A DNA stretch of 64,000 bases from Bdellovibrionales bacterium (lineage in GTDB: Bacteria; Bdellovibrionota; Bdellovibrionia; Bdellovibrionales; JAGQZY01): assembly GCA_020435205.1 (NCBI GenBank), contig JAGQZY010000002.1, forward strand, positions 22,059 to 86,058, written 5' to 3'. A program made the translations under genes and the position numbers. Position 1 is the first letter of the stretch, and every line of letters begins with the position of its first letter. The notes beneath the pieces were generated by a model. The model was not told the DNA's origin. It was given only the letters and a program-made list of their open reading frames with translations, and did not search any database. Shown in pieces: positions 28,965 to 38,456 of the stretch.

Positions 28965-30392
28965 CTACAGAGTGAACTCTGGCTCAAAGCCCGGAGGTGG
29001 CGCAAACAAGCAGACTTTGTTATTGCCAGAAGCCAGCACTTGGTCACATGCTGCCTTAGAATCCATCATCATTTGATCCGAGTCAGAAGATAACCTTGGA
29101 TATTCGGTCACTCCAAAGCAAAGTCGCAAAGGAGTGTTTTGGGTTTCCATGCCTCTTTTAAGAATCATGCGACGAAGTCTTTCGGCCTTAATCGCCGCCC
29201 CCTCAAAGTCACAATGAGGAAGAACGATAGCAATCTCACTTTCAGAAACTTCCGCGAAGAAATCATAACTGCGCAGGTTCTCGTTGAGGAAGTGAATGAA
29301 CTCTTTGCGCTCTTTTTGTTCGTCCATCGCAAACTGCACATGAGTTAAAATCATAGAGACTGGCTTTTCAATTCTGCGGGAGCGTGCCACCTCACGTGAT
29401 AGGTGACGGAAGAACTGAGAGTTATCGACTTGCAAACTGTCCGTAAATATCGTCGTCGCTAGATTTGCATCCTGACTTTCCAAGGAAATATTGCGAAGAC
29501 TGAGAGCCAAGTAATGAGCCGAACGCTGCAAGTATCTTTTCATGCTTTCTGGCAGATGAATCGCAACCAAAAAACCAAAAGTTTCCCCAGCAAACTCAAT
29601 GGGCTGCAACAGAAAATCATTGGCAGCAAAACTTTCTTCAATCAAAGCTCTCACCCGCTTGTAGTCAGTCTCTTTGTCCTCAGTGAGGGTCTGCTGATCC
29701 ATAGGTAAGGCCTGACCCCGATAATAACTCTCCTTACAGAAAGTCGTTCTCATAACCAATAGCTGTGATTTGGCTTTGTAGTTTTTGATATAAGCAAAAT
29801 CTGCCTGCGGATGGCTTTTTTTAAGCTGGCCAATTAAGTCTTCAATCAGGCGAGGTTCACTCTGCCCACTTTCAGGGATGGGTGCCAGCTCCACACTTGG
29901 CGACGAAGCTTGAAAAGTCTGATTTTGCTGTAAACGATCTAAAGCCGCTACGATCTTCTGACTTTCTTCGCTTCTTTGCTCGGCGATATATTTAAAAATC
30001 GTTTTTTCAATCACTTTATTAACCCGCAGCTTGAGGGCCTCGCGACTCGCCAGAGGCCAAGACCAAAAATCTGTGACAAGGCCGGCGTCAATCAAACTGC
30101 GGATCCCAGGCCAAAAGTCATTGGAACCCAACAAGATCACCTCCACCTCTGGACTGAGCTTGCGAATACGACTGAGCACCTCTCGGAATTTCATATTGAG
30201 CGGTTGGTAGTATAAAATGAAAATATGGGGCAATTGATTTTCAATGGTCTCTAAAAAGACTTCTCTGTCATTAAAAGTCGCAAAGTCATAACCTTGCGAG
30301 CGAAACATCTCATTGATCATAGAACTGCGCGAAACATCTTCATCGTATGAAAAAATCCTGAATTGATTTTTGTAGGTATCAACTATTGACAT
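28965..30392 (-). CDS. Pseudo-receiver domain, helical linker and degenerate GGDEF domain protein
   Basis: 475 aa. REC-like N-terminus (FRIFSYDEDV...) where the phospho-acceptor position reads ILYYQPLN with no Asp. C-terminal GGDEF fold in which the GGDEF signature is replaced by SESEI (FFAEVSESEIAIVLP). Confidence 0.65.
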   Translation of the reverse strand: MSIVDTYKNQFRIFSYDEDVSRSSMINEMFRSQGYDFATFNDREVFLETIENQLPHIFILYYQPLNMKFREVLSRIRKLSPEVEVILLGSNDFWPGIRSLIDAGLVTDFWSWPLASREALKLRVNKVIEKTIFKYIAEQRSEESQKIVAALDRLQQNQTFQASSPSVELAPIPESGQSEPRLIEDLIGQLKKSHPQADFAYIKNYKAKSQLLVMRTTFCKESYYRGQALPMDQQTLTEDKETDYKRVRALIEESFAANDFLLQPIEFAGETFGFLVAIHLPESMKRYLQRSAHYLALSLRNISLESQDANLATTIFTDSLQVDNSQFFRHLSREVARSRRIEKPVSMILTHVQFAMDEQKERKEFIHFLNENLRSYDFFAEVSESEIAIVLPHCDFEGAAIKAERLRRMILKRGMETQNTPLRLCFGVTEYPRLSSDSDQMMMDSKAACDQVLASGNNKVCLFAPPPGFEPEFTL

Positions 30393-32205
30393 CGATGTCC
30401 CTCTTGCGTGGAGAACGAATTTTAATTTTTAAATTTCCAGTGTCGAGCTCAAAAAGTCCGTTGCTATTTTTTGCAACTTCAGCGTCAACTTCTTTATCCT
30501 CAAACTCTTCGCCACTGAACTCAAAGTCTTTCATCTCAAAATTATCAACAATATCATCAATGGATTGAGCGCTAAAATCATCGATCTCCTCAGTGGCGGA
30601 GATCACAATGCGCGGCTCTTCCTCATCAGCCTCTTTTTCTTGACGTTCACCTGTTGGCACCAAAGGACCATTTTGCAAAGCCTCGACCAAGGCTGACAAC
30701 TCCAAGGCCTCTGAGTCACTTAGGTGATCCGACGTGGAAACTTTTTCAACACTCATTTCTATAGTTCTTTCTTCGGGTTTATCCACTGACGCTCTAGCTT
30801 CAACGGGAAGGTCCACAGAAAGGCAAAACCCACTATTGGCTACCGTCAAGCGATCACCAAATAACCAAGAGCCATAGGCAACAATGCCGTCAATGGTTTC
30901 CAAAGAGCTCTCAGACTGCAAAAGAAGGCTCGGCTCATGTCCGCTAGGACAGTGACTGCGACGAGTGTCTAAATACATAAGCTGATAACCCTGGGAGTGG
31001 CTCGCCAACTGAATTTGTATCTTCTTGTCTGACTCTTCCACCAAAACTCTTGCTGAGTTATTCAGTAAGCGCCGAATAAAATCTTCTAGGTGGGTGGGGT
31101 TGCAAACAAGACTGGCTCCATCATCCACTTGTGTTTTGATCTCAATACCTTTTTTACGAAGCTCTTCCCGCTCCACCTCGATCAGGTTGTCCAGCCACTG
31201 AGAAAAATCTTCAATTCTTTGCTGATCTTCTGAAGCGCTCGAAAGCCAGTTTTCCATTTTAGCAATTTCAGGATCTAAAGTTTGGCCTTGGCTGCGCACT
31301 TTTTCAATTAAACGGGATAAGCTTTCACGACTTCGATGCATGACCGCATTTAACACGGGTTGCAACTGATTCGACTTACCACGAGTGGTGACTTCGATTT
31401 CAATGAAACGACGGAAAAGAATAGCGGTCAGAGCCAAACTGATCATGATCGCAATAAGAAAGTATACAAAGCTTGCACTCATAAAATAACTTTTTTGGAT
31501 GACTGGCGTTTGTCTAAAAATCCAGGCCTGGATATCGCTAGCGTAATAACCTGTTTGCAGCAAAGGCCCCCTCTCCCCATCAACACTGGCTGTGACAAAG
31601 CTTTCTTTGTCATTCATTGCTTGAGTGAGATCGCCAACAATCGCCCCATGGCTCACTAAAGGCTGACCTTGACTTGCATAAATAGCAACCGAATCACTGC
31701 GATCAGTGATGGAAGAAAAGAAGCTGGTCTCTAAACCAAAAACTAAAAAGCCAGAGCGAAGTTGCTTGGACTGAGCCACTTCCACTGGAGAGATTAAAAT
31801 GGGCTGATTATTTTTATTAAAAGACCAAGCTCGATTCACCGTTGACATCTTGTCAAAAGGAATGGGGTTGACCTCATTAAGGATCGCTTTGCGGTCCATT
31901 TTATCTAAAACTTTCCACTTAATTTTCCACTGACCGTCCACGGGATGGGCATAGGCGAAGTAGCGAGCGCCCATGCGCTTCAAGGTTTCGATGGTCGAAG
32001 GATCGAGATAAGAAACTGAGGCCTCAAGATGGTTGATTTTCTGTTCAATATTTTGCGCCATCCATTGCGAAACTTCCCGACTTTGCTCCTGGCGAGCCAC
32101 CCTGCGGTTTTCCTCCACCAACTGGTGGCTTTTCGTGGAAATCAAAAGTCCGCCAATAACAATACATATGGCAGTTATGAAAAAAGCTTTCCTAGTTCCT
32201 GTCAT
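30379..32205 (-). CDS. Membrane sensor with periplasmic domain and degenerate histidine-kinase-like C-terminus
   Basis: 608 aa. Two TMs flank a periplasmic region of about 215 aa. Possible H-box VMHRSRESLSRL and N-box LLNNSARV, but the G1/G2 glycine motifs are not recognisable. Acidic tail. 14-nt overlap with the downstream gene. Confidence 0.6.
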   Translation of the reverse strand: MTGTRKAFFITAICIVIGGLLISTKSHQLVEENRRVARQEQSREVSQWMAQNIEQKINHLEASVSYLDPSTIETLKRMGARYFAYAHPVDGQWKIKWKVLDKMDRKAILNEVNPIPFDKMSTVNRAWSFNKNNQPILISPVEVAQSKQLRSGFLVFGLETSFFSSITDRSDSVAIYASQGQPLVSHGAIVGDLTQAMNDKESFVTASVDGERGPLLQTGYYASDIQAWIFRQTPVIQKSYFMSASFVYFLIAIMISLALTAILFRRFIEIEVTTRGKSNQLQPVLNAVMHRSRESLSRLIEKVRSQGQTLDPEIAKMENWLSSASEDQQRIEDFSQWLDNLIEVEREELRKKGIEIKTQVDDGASLVCNPTHLEDFIRRLLNNSARVLVEESDKKIQIQLASHSQGYQLMYLDTRRSHCPSGHEPSLLLQSESSLETIDGIVAYGSWLFGDRLTVANSGFCLSVDLPVEARASVDKPEERTIEMSVEKVSTSDHLSDSEALELSALVEALQNGPLVPTGERQEKEADEEEPRIVISATEEIDDFSAQSIDDIVDNFEMKDFEFSGEEFEDKEVDAEVAKNSNGLFELDTGNLKIKIRSPRKRDIDVNS

Positions 32206-32341
32206 TAACCCGTCCCTGGTTAGTTTTAAGCCAAACCTCTACTTTTATCCGGCCACCTCCATTCTAGAATTATCTGACACCAGATATCAAGCCTCGGTTA
32301 AAGCCTAAGGGGCATTAAATCCCCACCCTGGGAACAAGAGC

Positions 32342-32371
32342 TTGACAAAAGGCTGGGTGAAGCCATTTTAT
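32342..32371 (+). promoter_or_regulatory. Candidate sigma70-type promoter for nadB
   Basis: TTGACA at 32342-32347 and an A/T-rich -10 candidate (ATTTTA/TTTTAT) 17-18 nt downstream. About 20 nt upstream of the nadB ATG, which is preceded by GGAGGGTGG. Confidence 0.3.
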
Positions 32372-32390
32372 GCGGCGAGACGGAGGGTGG

Positions 32391-34007
32391 ATGAGCCAAA
32401 AAACCGATTTTTTAATTATTGGAACCGGGGTTGCCGGGCTCTCATTTGCTTTAAAAATGGCTGAACATGGCCGAGTCACTCTGGTCGCCAAAAGTTCTCT
32501 TTCTAACAACAACACCTCCATGGCCCAAGGAGGAATTGCCTCAGTGGTCGCGAGCGAAGACCATTTTGAAAATCATATCCATGACACCCTCGATGCTGGC
32601 GCGGGCTTGTGCCTTCCTGAGGTGGTGCGTAAGGTGGTGGAGGACGCCCCTATGCGCATCCGCGATTTACAAAAATGGGGAGTGGAATTTGACCATCGCC
32701 AAAGTGATTCCCTTGGTGATGTGGATCTCACTCGCGAAGGCGGACATTCCCATCGACGCATCTTGCACGTTCAAGACCACACCGGGATGGCCATCCAACA
32801 GGCGCTGCAGAGTCGAGTCAAAGAGAACCCCAATATTAAAATTTTAGAAAATCATATCGCACTCGAATTGCTCACTGATCATGATCTCTACCCTGCCCAA
32901 ACCGGAGCCAATCGCTGCATCGGGGCCAGTTTTCTCGATATAGAAAATCATAAACTGGTTGATGTTTTCGCTCCCTTTACCATGCTTGCCACAGGCGGAG
33001 CTGGAAAAACATACCTTTACACCTCCAATTGGGAGGGCGCCACAGGTGACGGCATCGCCATGGCCTATCGTGCGGGATGCAGAATCGCAAATATGGAGTT
33101 TATGCAATTTCACCCCACTTGCCTTTTTCACCGGCAAGCTCGTAATTTTTTAATCAGTGAAGCCCTGCGTGGAGAAGGCGCGGAATTGATCAATGCTGAG
33201 GGCAGAACTTTTACCTATGATTTTGACAAGAGAGGGCCTCTTGCACCTCGCGATATTGTGGCTCGGGCCATTGATGCGGAAATGAAAACCAGTGGCGCAG
33301 AATGTGTGTATTTAGATATCCGCCACAAGGGAAAGGATTTTATCAAACAGCGCTTTCCTTTCATTTATGAAAAATGCTTGTCCCTCGGTTTTGACCTAGC
33401 TGAACAACCCTTACCGGTGGTCCCCGCCGCCCACTATCTCTGCGGCGGCATCTTAACGGATGAACATGGACAAACGGATTTACCGGGCCTCTTCGCCGTT
33501 GGTGAGTGCGCAAATACTGGCTTACATGGAGCCAATCGCTTAGCTTCAAACTCACTGCTCGAATGCCTTTCTTTCTCTCATTACGCCTATTTAAAAATTT
33601 TGCAAATCAAAGATCAAGTTCCCTTGCCCCTTGGCCAGAGAGTGGATCACGGTCTTTATCTACACAAAGAAAATGCCGATGAATTTATGCTTATTAGCCA
33701 TCTTTGGGATGAGATTCGTAGCTGTATGTGGAACTACGTGGGCATTGTCCGTTCCGATCGCCGCTTGCAAAGAGCCCTGACTCGCATTCGAAATATCGAA
33801 GTGGAAATTGCTGAATACTACAGTCACTTCAAACTCCACCCCGATACAGTGGAACTGCGAAATCTGGCGACGGTGGCTCGACTGACCATTGAGTGCGCTT
33901 TGCGCCGCCAAACTTCCGTTGGCACCCACTACAACATCGATCATCCTTCGCAAAAAAGTGATTTAAATCCCCTTAATAGTATTAGCCCCAACAGCCTGAA
34001 CGGTTGA
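32391..34007 (+). CDS. nadB: L-aspartate oxidase
   Basis: I take the start at MSQKTDFLIIGTGVAGLSFAL (ATG 32391, RBS GGAGGG). FAD dinucleotide motif, AAHYLCGGI, and succinate-DH/fumarate-reductase flavoprotein pattern. Confidence 0.9.
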   Translation: MSQKTDFLIIGTGVAGLSFALKMAEHGRVTLVAKSSLSNNNTSMAQGGIASVVASEDHFENHIHDTLDAGAGLCLPEVVRKVVEDAPMRIRDLQKWGVEFDHRQSDSLGDVDLTREGGHSHRRILHVQDHTGMAIQQALQSRVKENPNIKILENHIALELLTDHDLYPAQTGANRCIGASFLDIENHKLVDVFAPFTMLATGGAGKTYLYTSNWEGATGDGIAMAYRAGCRIANMEFMQFHPTCLFHRQARNFLISEALRGEGAELINAEGRTFTYDFDKRGPLAPRDIVARAIDAEMKTSGAECVYLDIRHKGKDFIKQRFPFIYEKCLSLGFDLAEQPLPVVPAAHYLCGGILTDEHGQTDLPGLFAVGECANTGLHGANRLASNSLLECLSFSHYAYLKILQIKDQVPLPLGQRVDHGLYLHKENADEFMLISHLWDEIRSCMWNYVGIVRSDRRLQRALTRIRNIEVEIAEYYSHFKLHPDTVELRNLATVARLTIECALRRQTSVGTHYNIDHPSQKSDLNPLNSISPNSLNG

Positions 34008-34059
34008 TGACTGGCCGTGTCCCTAAAAAGGCAAGCTTCTTTAAAGGGACTGAGTTAAG

Positions 34060-34917
34060 ATGCCTGCTGAAGTTATGGAAGTTTTGAGACACGAATACAA
34101 TATTAATGGGGTCAGTGGTTCTCGGCTCTTTATGCAGAGCTGGCGGGCAGAAACTCAAGACAGTAAAGGTTGCGTGGTTATTACCCACGGGATGGCTGAG
34201 CACTCCGAATGCTATCACGACTTGGCCACTGACTTAGCTGAAAATGGCTGGTGGGTTTTCGCCTGGGATCTGCAAGGGCACGGCAAGTCTCAAGGTAAAC
34301 GTGGCTACATCAGCGACTTTTCTGAATTTCGAAAAGACCTGCTCAAAGTTGTTAAACATCTTAAAAACCATTCTGAAATTCCCACCACACCCATGCATCT
34401 CATCGGCCATTCCATGGGTGGCCTCATAACCCTTGGGGCACTGCTTGAAGAGACCATGCCTGCCATTCAGTCGGCAGTTTTAAGTAGCCCGGCTCTGGGT
34501 GTTGCCATAGAAGTCCCTAAGATCAAGCATATGGCATCTCTTTGGCTCAACCACTTATGGCCAACGCTCACAATGGATAATGAAATTCGCTATGAGATCT
34601 TGAGTCGGGACCCAGCGATGATGGATGTATATAAAAGAGATCCACTTCGACACACTAAAGTCTCGGCACCTCTGTATCTTGGTATGATGGAGGAAATGCA
34701 GAGAATTAAAAACAGCGCAGACCGTTTCACTACACCTTTATTCTTCCAAATTGCTGGGGATGATCGCTTGGTCGATGCTCAGGCCAGTATTGATTTCTTT
34801 AAAAAGCTTCCTGGACCTAAAAAGCTAAAAATATACGAAAAAAGTTACCATGAGATCTATAATGACATTAATAAAGAAGAAACCATTGACGATCTGTTGA
34901 CCTTTTTAGCAGAATAA
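34060..34917 (+). CDS. Alpha/beta hydrolase (lysophospholipase / monoacylglycerol-lipase-like)
   Basis: 285 aa. HG oxyanion motif (VVITHGMAEH) and nucleophile elbow GHSMGG. Confidence 0.8.
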   Translation: MPAEVMEVLRHEYNINGVSGSRLFMQSWRAETQDSKGCVVITHGMAEHSECYHDLATDLAENGWWVFAWDLQGHGKSQGKRGYISDFSEFRKDLLKVVKHLKNHSEIPTTPMHLIGHSMGGLITLGALLEETMPAIQSAVLSSPALGVAIEVPKIKHMASLWLNHLWPTLTMDNEIRYEILSRDPAMMDVYKRDPLRHTKVSAPLYLGMMEEMQRIKNSADRFTTPLFFQIAGDDRLVDAQASIDFFKKLPGPKKLKIYEKSYHEIYNDINKEETIDDLLTFLAE

Positions 34918-34921
34918 GACC

Positions 34922-35494
34922 ATGAAACTGCTTGGTCTCTTTATCAGCTTATTTTTATTTCTTTCCTGCACAACGGGCCCTTTTAGCGAAGGACGATCTG
35001 GTTATGTAGGCCTGATTGACAAATACAGCGCCGGCGATAAGCAATTTTCTGGTCTTTACCAAAACTTTGAATTCCGCACGACCATATTAAATCACCAAGT
35101 CACCGAAGCTATTTACAATCGGATGCAACAGTTCTACGACTGGAGCGAAGAAGATCATAAAAAGAATCTTAGCGAAGCAACAAATCACTTAGAGAAGCAC
35201 ACCCGCTTCTGGATGAGCTTTTTTACTCCTGATAATAAAAATGACAATTTGACCACAAAGAAATCCATTTGGAAAATTTACTTGTTAGCTGGTGGGCGCC
35301 GCTGGGAAGGTCATGTTTTAAAAACCAATAAAGTCTATAGTGAGGCTCAAGCTCTCTTCCCTTACCATAACCGCTGGGCGACCTCCTATTATGTAGATTT
35401 TCCAGTACCCACTAGCGAGGTAGAAGCTTTACCCCTCACCTTTGTTGTCACTGGCCCTCTGGGTCGCCGAGAAGTTAAAATTTCGAATCTCTAA
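34922..35494 (+). CDS. Hypothetical lipoprotein
   Basis: 190 aa. Signal peptide plus lipobox MKLLGLFISLFLFLSC. Begins 4 nt after the preceding gene. Confidence 0.55.
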   Translation: MKLLGLFISLFLFLSCTTGPFSEGRSGYVGLIDKYSAGDKQFSGLYQNFEFRTTILNHQVTEAIYNRMQQFYDWSEEDHKKNLSEATNHLEKHTRFWMSFFTPDNKNDNLTTKKSIWKIYLLAGGRRWEGHVLKTNKVYSEAQALFPYHNRWATSYYVDFPVPTSEVEALPLTFVVTGPLGRREVKISNL

Positions 35495-38456
35495 TTTCTA
35501 TTTTTTGTTCAAAAGGAAAGAGTGCACAGAGCTTTACCGGCCCATCCCATTTTAAAAATTGGCAAAGGGCCTTTTCGTAGACTTGCATCTGGCTAAAAGC
35601 CTCCTCTATTCGTCGACTGCTTCCAGTCTTGTAGTCCACAATCCACAAAATATCACTATCGATGGCCCAAAGATCGACTCGACCTTCTCGCAAACGCCCT
35701 TCCTCCTGCATCTGAAAAGCCCATTCGACTTCACCCTCACGGATAAGCTGTAAAATATGTTTTTGCTCTTGGATAAAATTTAAGGCAGCCTCGACAAGTT
35801 GCTGGTCCCCCTCAAGCCACTTCTGACTCAAAGCCAAGACTTGATCAAAGCTATGCTCTTTCAAACTCTCAAACAACCGATGGATGACGACACCAATCCA
35901 ACGTCGTTGCTGGGAGGCCAACGGGTCCTGATCCACAAAGGTTTTTGTCTCTGATGTTTCGCTAGGCACCGATGGCCCCACATAAAATCGGGGTCTCTCC
36001 TTGTGCATGGCTGGGACATTGAGGTTATCCACTGAAAAAGGATAAGCGCACTCATCGGCCTCGGTAATTTCTTGAATTTTCAATGAAGGGAAATCCTTCT
36101 GTTGACGAATAAAGTCTTCAAGCCATCGTCCCCAGGAATTTTTGGCACATTGGCCTGACCAACTCAAATGCAAACTTTGTTGGGCTCGCGTCATCCCCAC
36201 ATAGAGCACGCGCAAAGACTCTTGCTTTTCTCGCTCGATCATTCTTTGCACAGCTATTTTTTCAAGTGGTGATGCCAAATTTTTGCCATACTCCCCCAAC
36301 GGCAAACGAAAACTCCAAAGTTTTTCCTGCTCGAGTTCTGTAAAGGCCATATGAGTGGTGAGCTGTGGCGATTTGTTTAAAAAGGGCATAAATACGTGGG
36401 GAAACTGCAAACCTTTAGATGCATGAATAGTCATTAAATTAATTTTATCGGGTTCCACCGGAGCGGATGCATCGGAATTATCGGAAAGATCTTCTAACTC
36501 CCGCGCCCAAGCCCCCTGCTCGACAAGCTTCGCCAGACTGGCCTGAGGCTCCCGACTAACCTTTTCTACCCAGTTCACTAATTTCCACAAGTTCGCCTCC
36601 CGGCGTCCAGTGCTATCCATGCACTGGCTATAATCAAAAAGCCCTAGCGACACGAGTAACTTGCGAAACACCCATGCCACTCCCCAGCGGTGCTTTTCCT
36701 GAAAAGCCTTTAATAACCACTGTCCTGGCTGATATTCCGGATGGTCTATAAAGTGATTTTTAAATAGTATCCAATAATCAGACTTTCCATCACCAATAAG
36801 ATCAACAAGGGTTTGGTCCTGCATGGCCATCCATGGTGAACGCATCCAACAAATAAGATTATTAGAGTCCCAGGGATTGATAAGAACTCCGAGTAAGGCC
36901 ATGGCATCCAAAATTTCTCGACGAGAAAAAAAGTTAGCCGATGAGTGGGAGACCACTGGAAACCCATTTCTCATCAAAACTTTTTGCAATCGATCCAAAT
37001 CTCGATTGGTACGTCCAAGGACTGCAATATCTTTCGGGGAGCTACCGTGCTCAAGAAGTTTAGTCATTTCTTCCATAACGTGAAACCATTCCACTTGATC
37101 ATCCTCAGCATGGCATCGACTGATGGTGACGCTATGATCGCTAGTACTGGCCACAACTTTAGGAGTCATAACTTCAAAGCTAGCGTCAACGGATGGAAAG
37201 AAATTGTTAAAAAAATTCAAAAGTTTTTCTTGGGAACGGTAGTTGTTCTGCAAATAACTCAGCTTCCCTCCTTCCTCGACAATCTCTTCTTGCTTATTAA
37301 AAAAGACCTCACTTCTTGATCCTCGAAACAAATATATCGATTGCTGAGGATCACCAACCATATAGCAAGGACGATCGCCAATGAATGGGTTGAGCAATTG
37401 CAGTTGCTTTGGACTGGTATCTTGAAATTCATCAATAAACCATTGATCCCAGTCTTTGCCAAAGCGCTCCACCGCCATCGGATGCTTTTGTAAAATGTTT
37501 AAACTTAAGTTTTCCAAATCGTCGGCCTCAATAGCCGCTTCTTTTATTTTTCTTTTGAAAAGGCCCTGCATATAATCTTTAGCTAGGGACTCAAATCGCT
37601 TTTGTTCCTCAATAAAGGCTGGCCACCGCTTAGGATTCAGCTCTTCAGCCTCCATCCATTTTTTCAAATTATCTAATACAGCTTTGATTTCCTCTTCCAT
37701 TTCAGATGGCAAACCTGGTTTATTTTTACTATTCCGAGGTTTACTTTCGCGACCAAGTATCTGAGACATTGGCTGATAGAATTCTGACCACGAAGCTGAG
37801 TCTCGACAAAGCTCCATCAGCTCTTGCAAGTATGATAAAAAGGCTGGCCATCGATCATCTAGATCAAAAGCTAGGGCACGCGCAAGTAGGTTCGCAAGAG
37901 CATCCCCTTGCGCTTGGACTAAGCTCAAATTCAGGTGTTCTAGATCTGTGACTCCAGGGACTCTGTAACCTCCTAGCCAGAAAAGTCTTTCATAAGATCT
38001 CAACTTATCAAATAGGATCCGAACTTCATAGCGACTTAGCCACTCCCCATCGTCCTTAGGAGCTAGTAGGAGATCGCGAATGACCCTTTTCCTCCAGTTA
38101 TCAACCTCAAAGGAGTCAACGATTTTAAATTGGCTGGCTAAACCAATAACCTGACCATGTCTGCGTAAGAAAATATCAAATAAGCCGTGCATGGTGGTGA
38201 TAAAAAGGTAGCTTGATGACTGTAGAAACTCCACGGCCTCCGGATGTTCACTAATCGTATAAGCAAGAAGCCTTTCTCGTAATTCTTGGGTAGCTTTACG
38301 AGTAAATGTCGTCACTACCGTTTTCGGCCATCGCCCATTTTCCTTGTGGAAAGCAACAGCCCGACTCACTACCTCTTTTGTGAGATTAGTCGTTTTTCCG
38401 GCGCCCGCTCCAGCGCGCACAAATTCTTTTAAAGATTGAGATTCGGGTATCTGCAT
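35475..38456 (-). CDS. addA: ATP-dependent helicase/nuclease subunit A (UvrD/PcrA-type helicase with C-terminal PD-(D/E)XK nuclease)
   Basis: Walker A GAGAGKTT, UvrD-family motifs (FIDEFQDTSP, GDPQQSIY, NYRS), and C-terminal nuclease motif VDLWAID...IVDYKTG. I prefer ATG at 38456 (GGAAAG upstream) over the TTG at 38468 used by the track. Confidence 0.8.
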   Translation of the reverse strand: MQIPESQSLKEFVRAGAGAGKTTNLTKEVVSRAVAFHKENGRWPKTVVTTFTRKATQELRERLLAYTISEHPEAVEFLQSSSYLFITTMHGLFDIFLRRHGQVIGLASQFKIVDSFEVDNWRKRVIRDLLLAPKDDGEWLSRYEVRILFDKLRSYERLFWLGGYRVPGVTDLEHLNLSLVQAQGDALANLLARALAFDLDDRWPAFLSYLQELMELCRDSASWSEFYQPMSQILGRESKPRNSKNKPGLPSEMEEEIKAVLDNLKKWMEAEELNPKRWPAFIEEQKRFESLAKDYMQGLFKRKIKEAAIEADDLENLSLNILQKHPMAVERFGKDWDQWFIDEFQDTSPKQLQLLNPFIGDRPCYMVGDPQQSIYLFRGSRSEVFFNKQEEIVEEGGKLSYLQNNYRSQEKLLNFFNNFFPSVDASFEVMTPKVVASTSDHSVTISRCHAEDDQVEWFHVMEEMTKLLEHGSSPKDIAVLGRTNRDLDRLQKVLMRNGFPVVSHSSANFFSRREILDAMALLGVLINPWDSNNLICWMRSPWMAMQDQTLVDLIGDGKSDYWILFKNHFIDHPEYQPGQWLLKAFQEKHRWGVAWVFRKLLVSLGLFDYSQCMDSTGRREANLWKLVNWVEKVSREPQASLAKLVEQGAWARELEDLSDNSDASAPVEPDKINLMTIHASKGLQFPHVFMPFLNKSPQLTTHMAFTELEQEKLWSFRLPLGEYGKNLASPLEKIAVQRMIEREKQESLRVLYVGMTRAQQSLHLSWSGQCAKNSWGRWLEDFIRQQKDFPSLKIQEITEADECAYPFSVDNLNVPAMHKERPRFYVGPSVPSETSETKTFVDQDPLASQQRRWIGVVIHRLFESLKEHSFDQVLALSQKWLEGDQQLVEAALNFIQEQKHILQLIREGEVEWAFQMQEEGRLREGRVDLWAIDSDILWIVDYKTGSSRRIEEAFSQMQVYEKALCQFLKWDGPVKLCALFPFEQKIEIRDSKF

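Noticed and set aside
34008-34059. Hairpin-like GTCCCT ... AGGGAC after nadB
   Set aside because: The stem is only 6 bp with a 20-nt loop and there is no T-run. This is insufficient to call a terminator or riboswitch.
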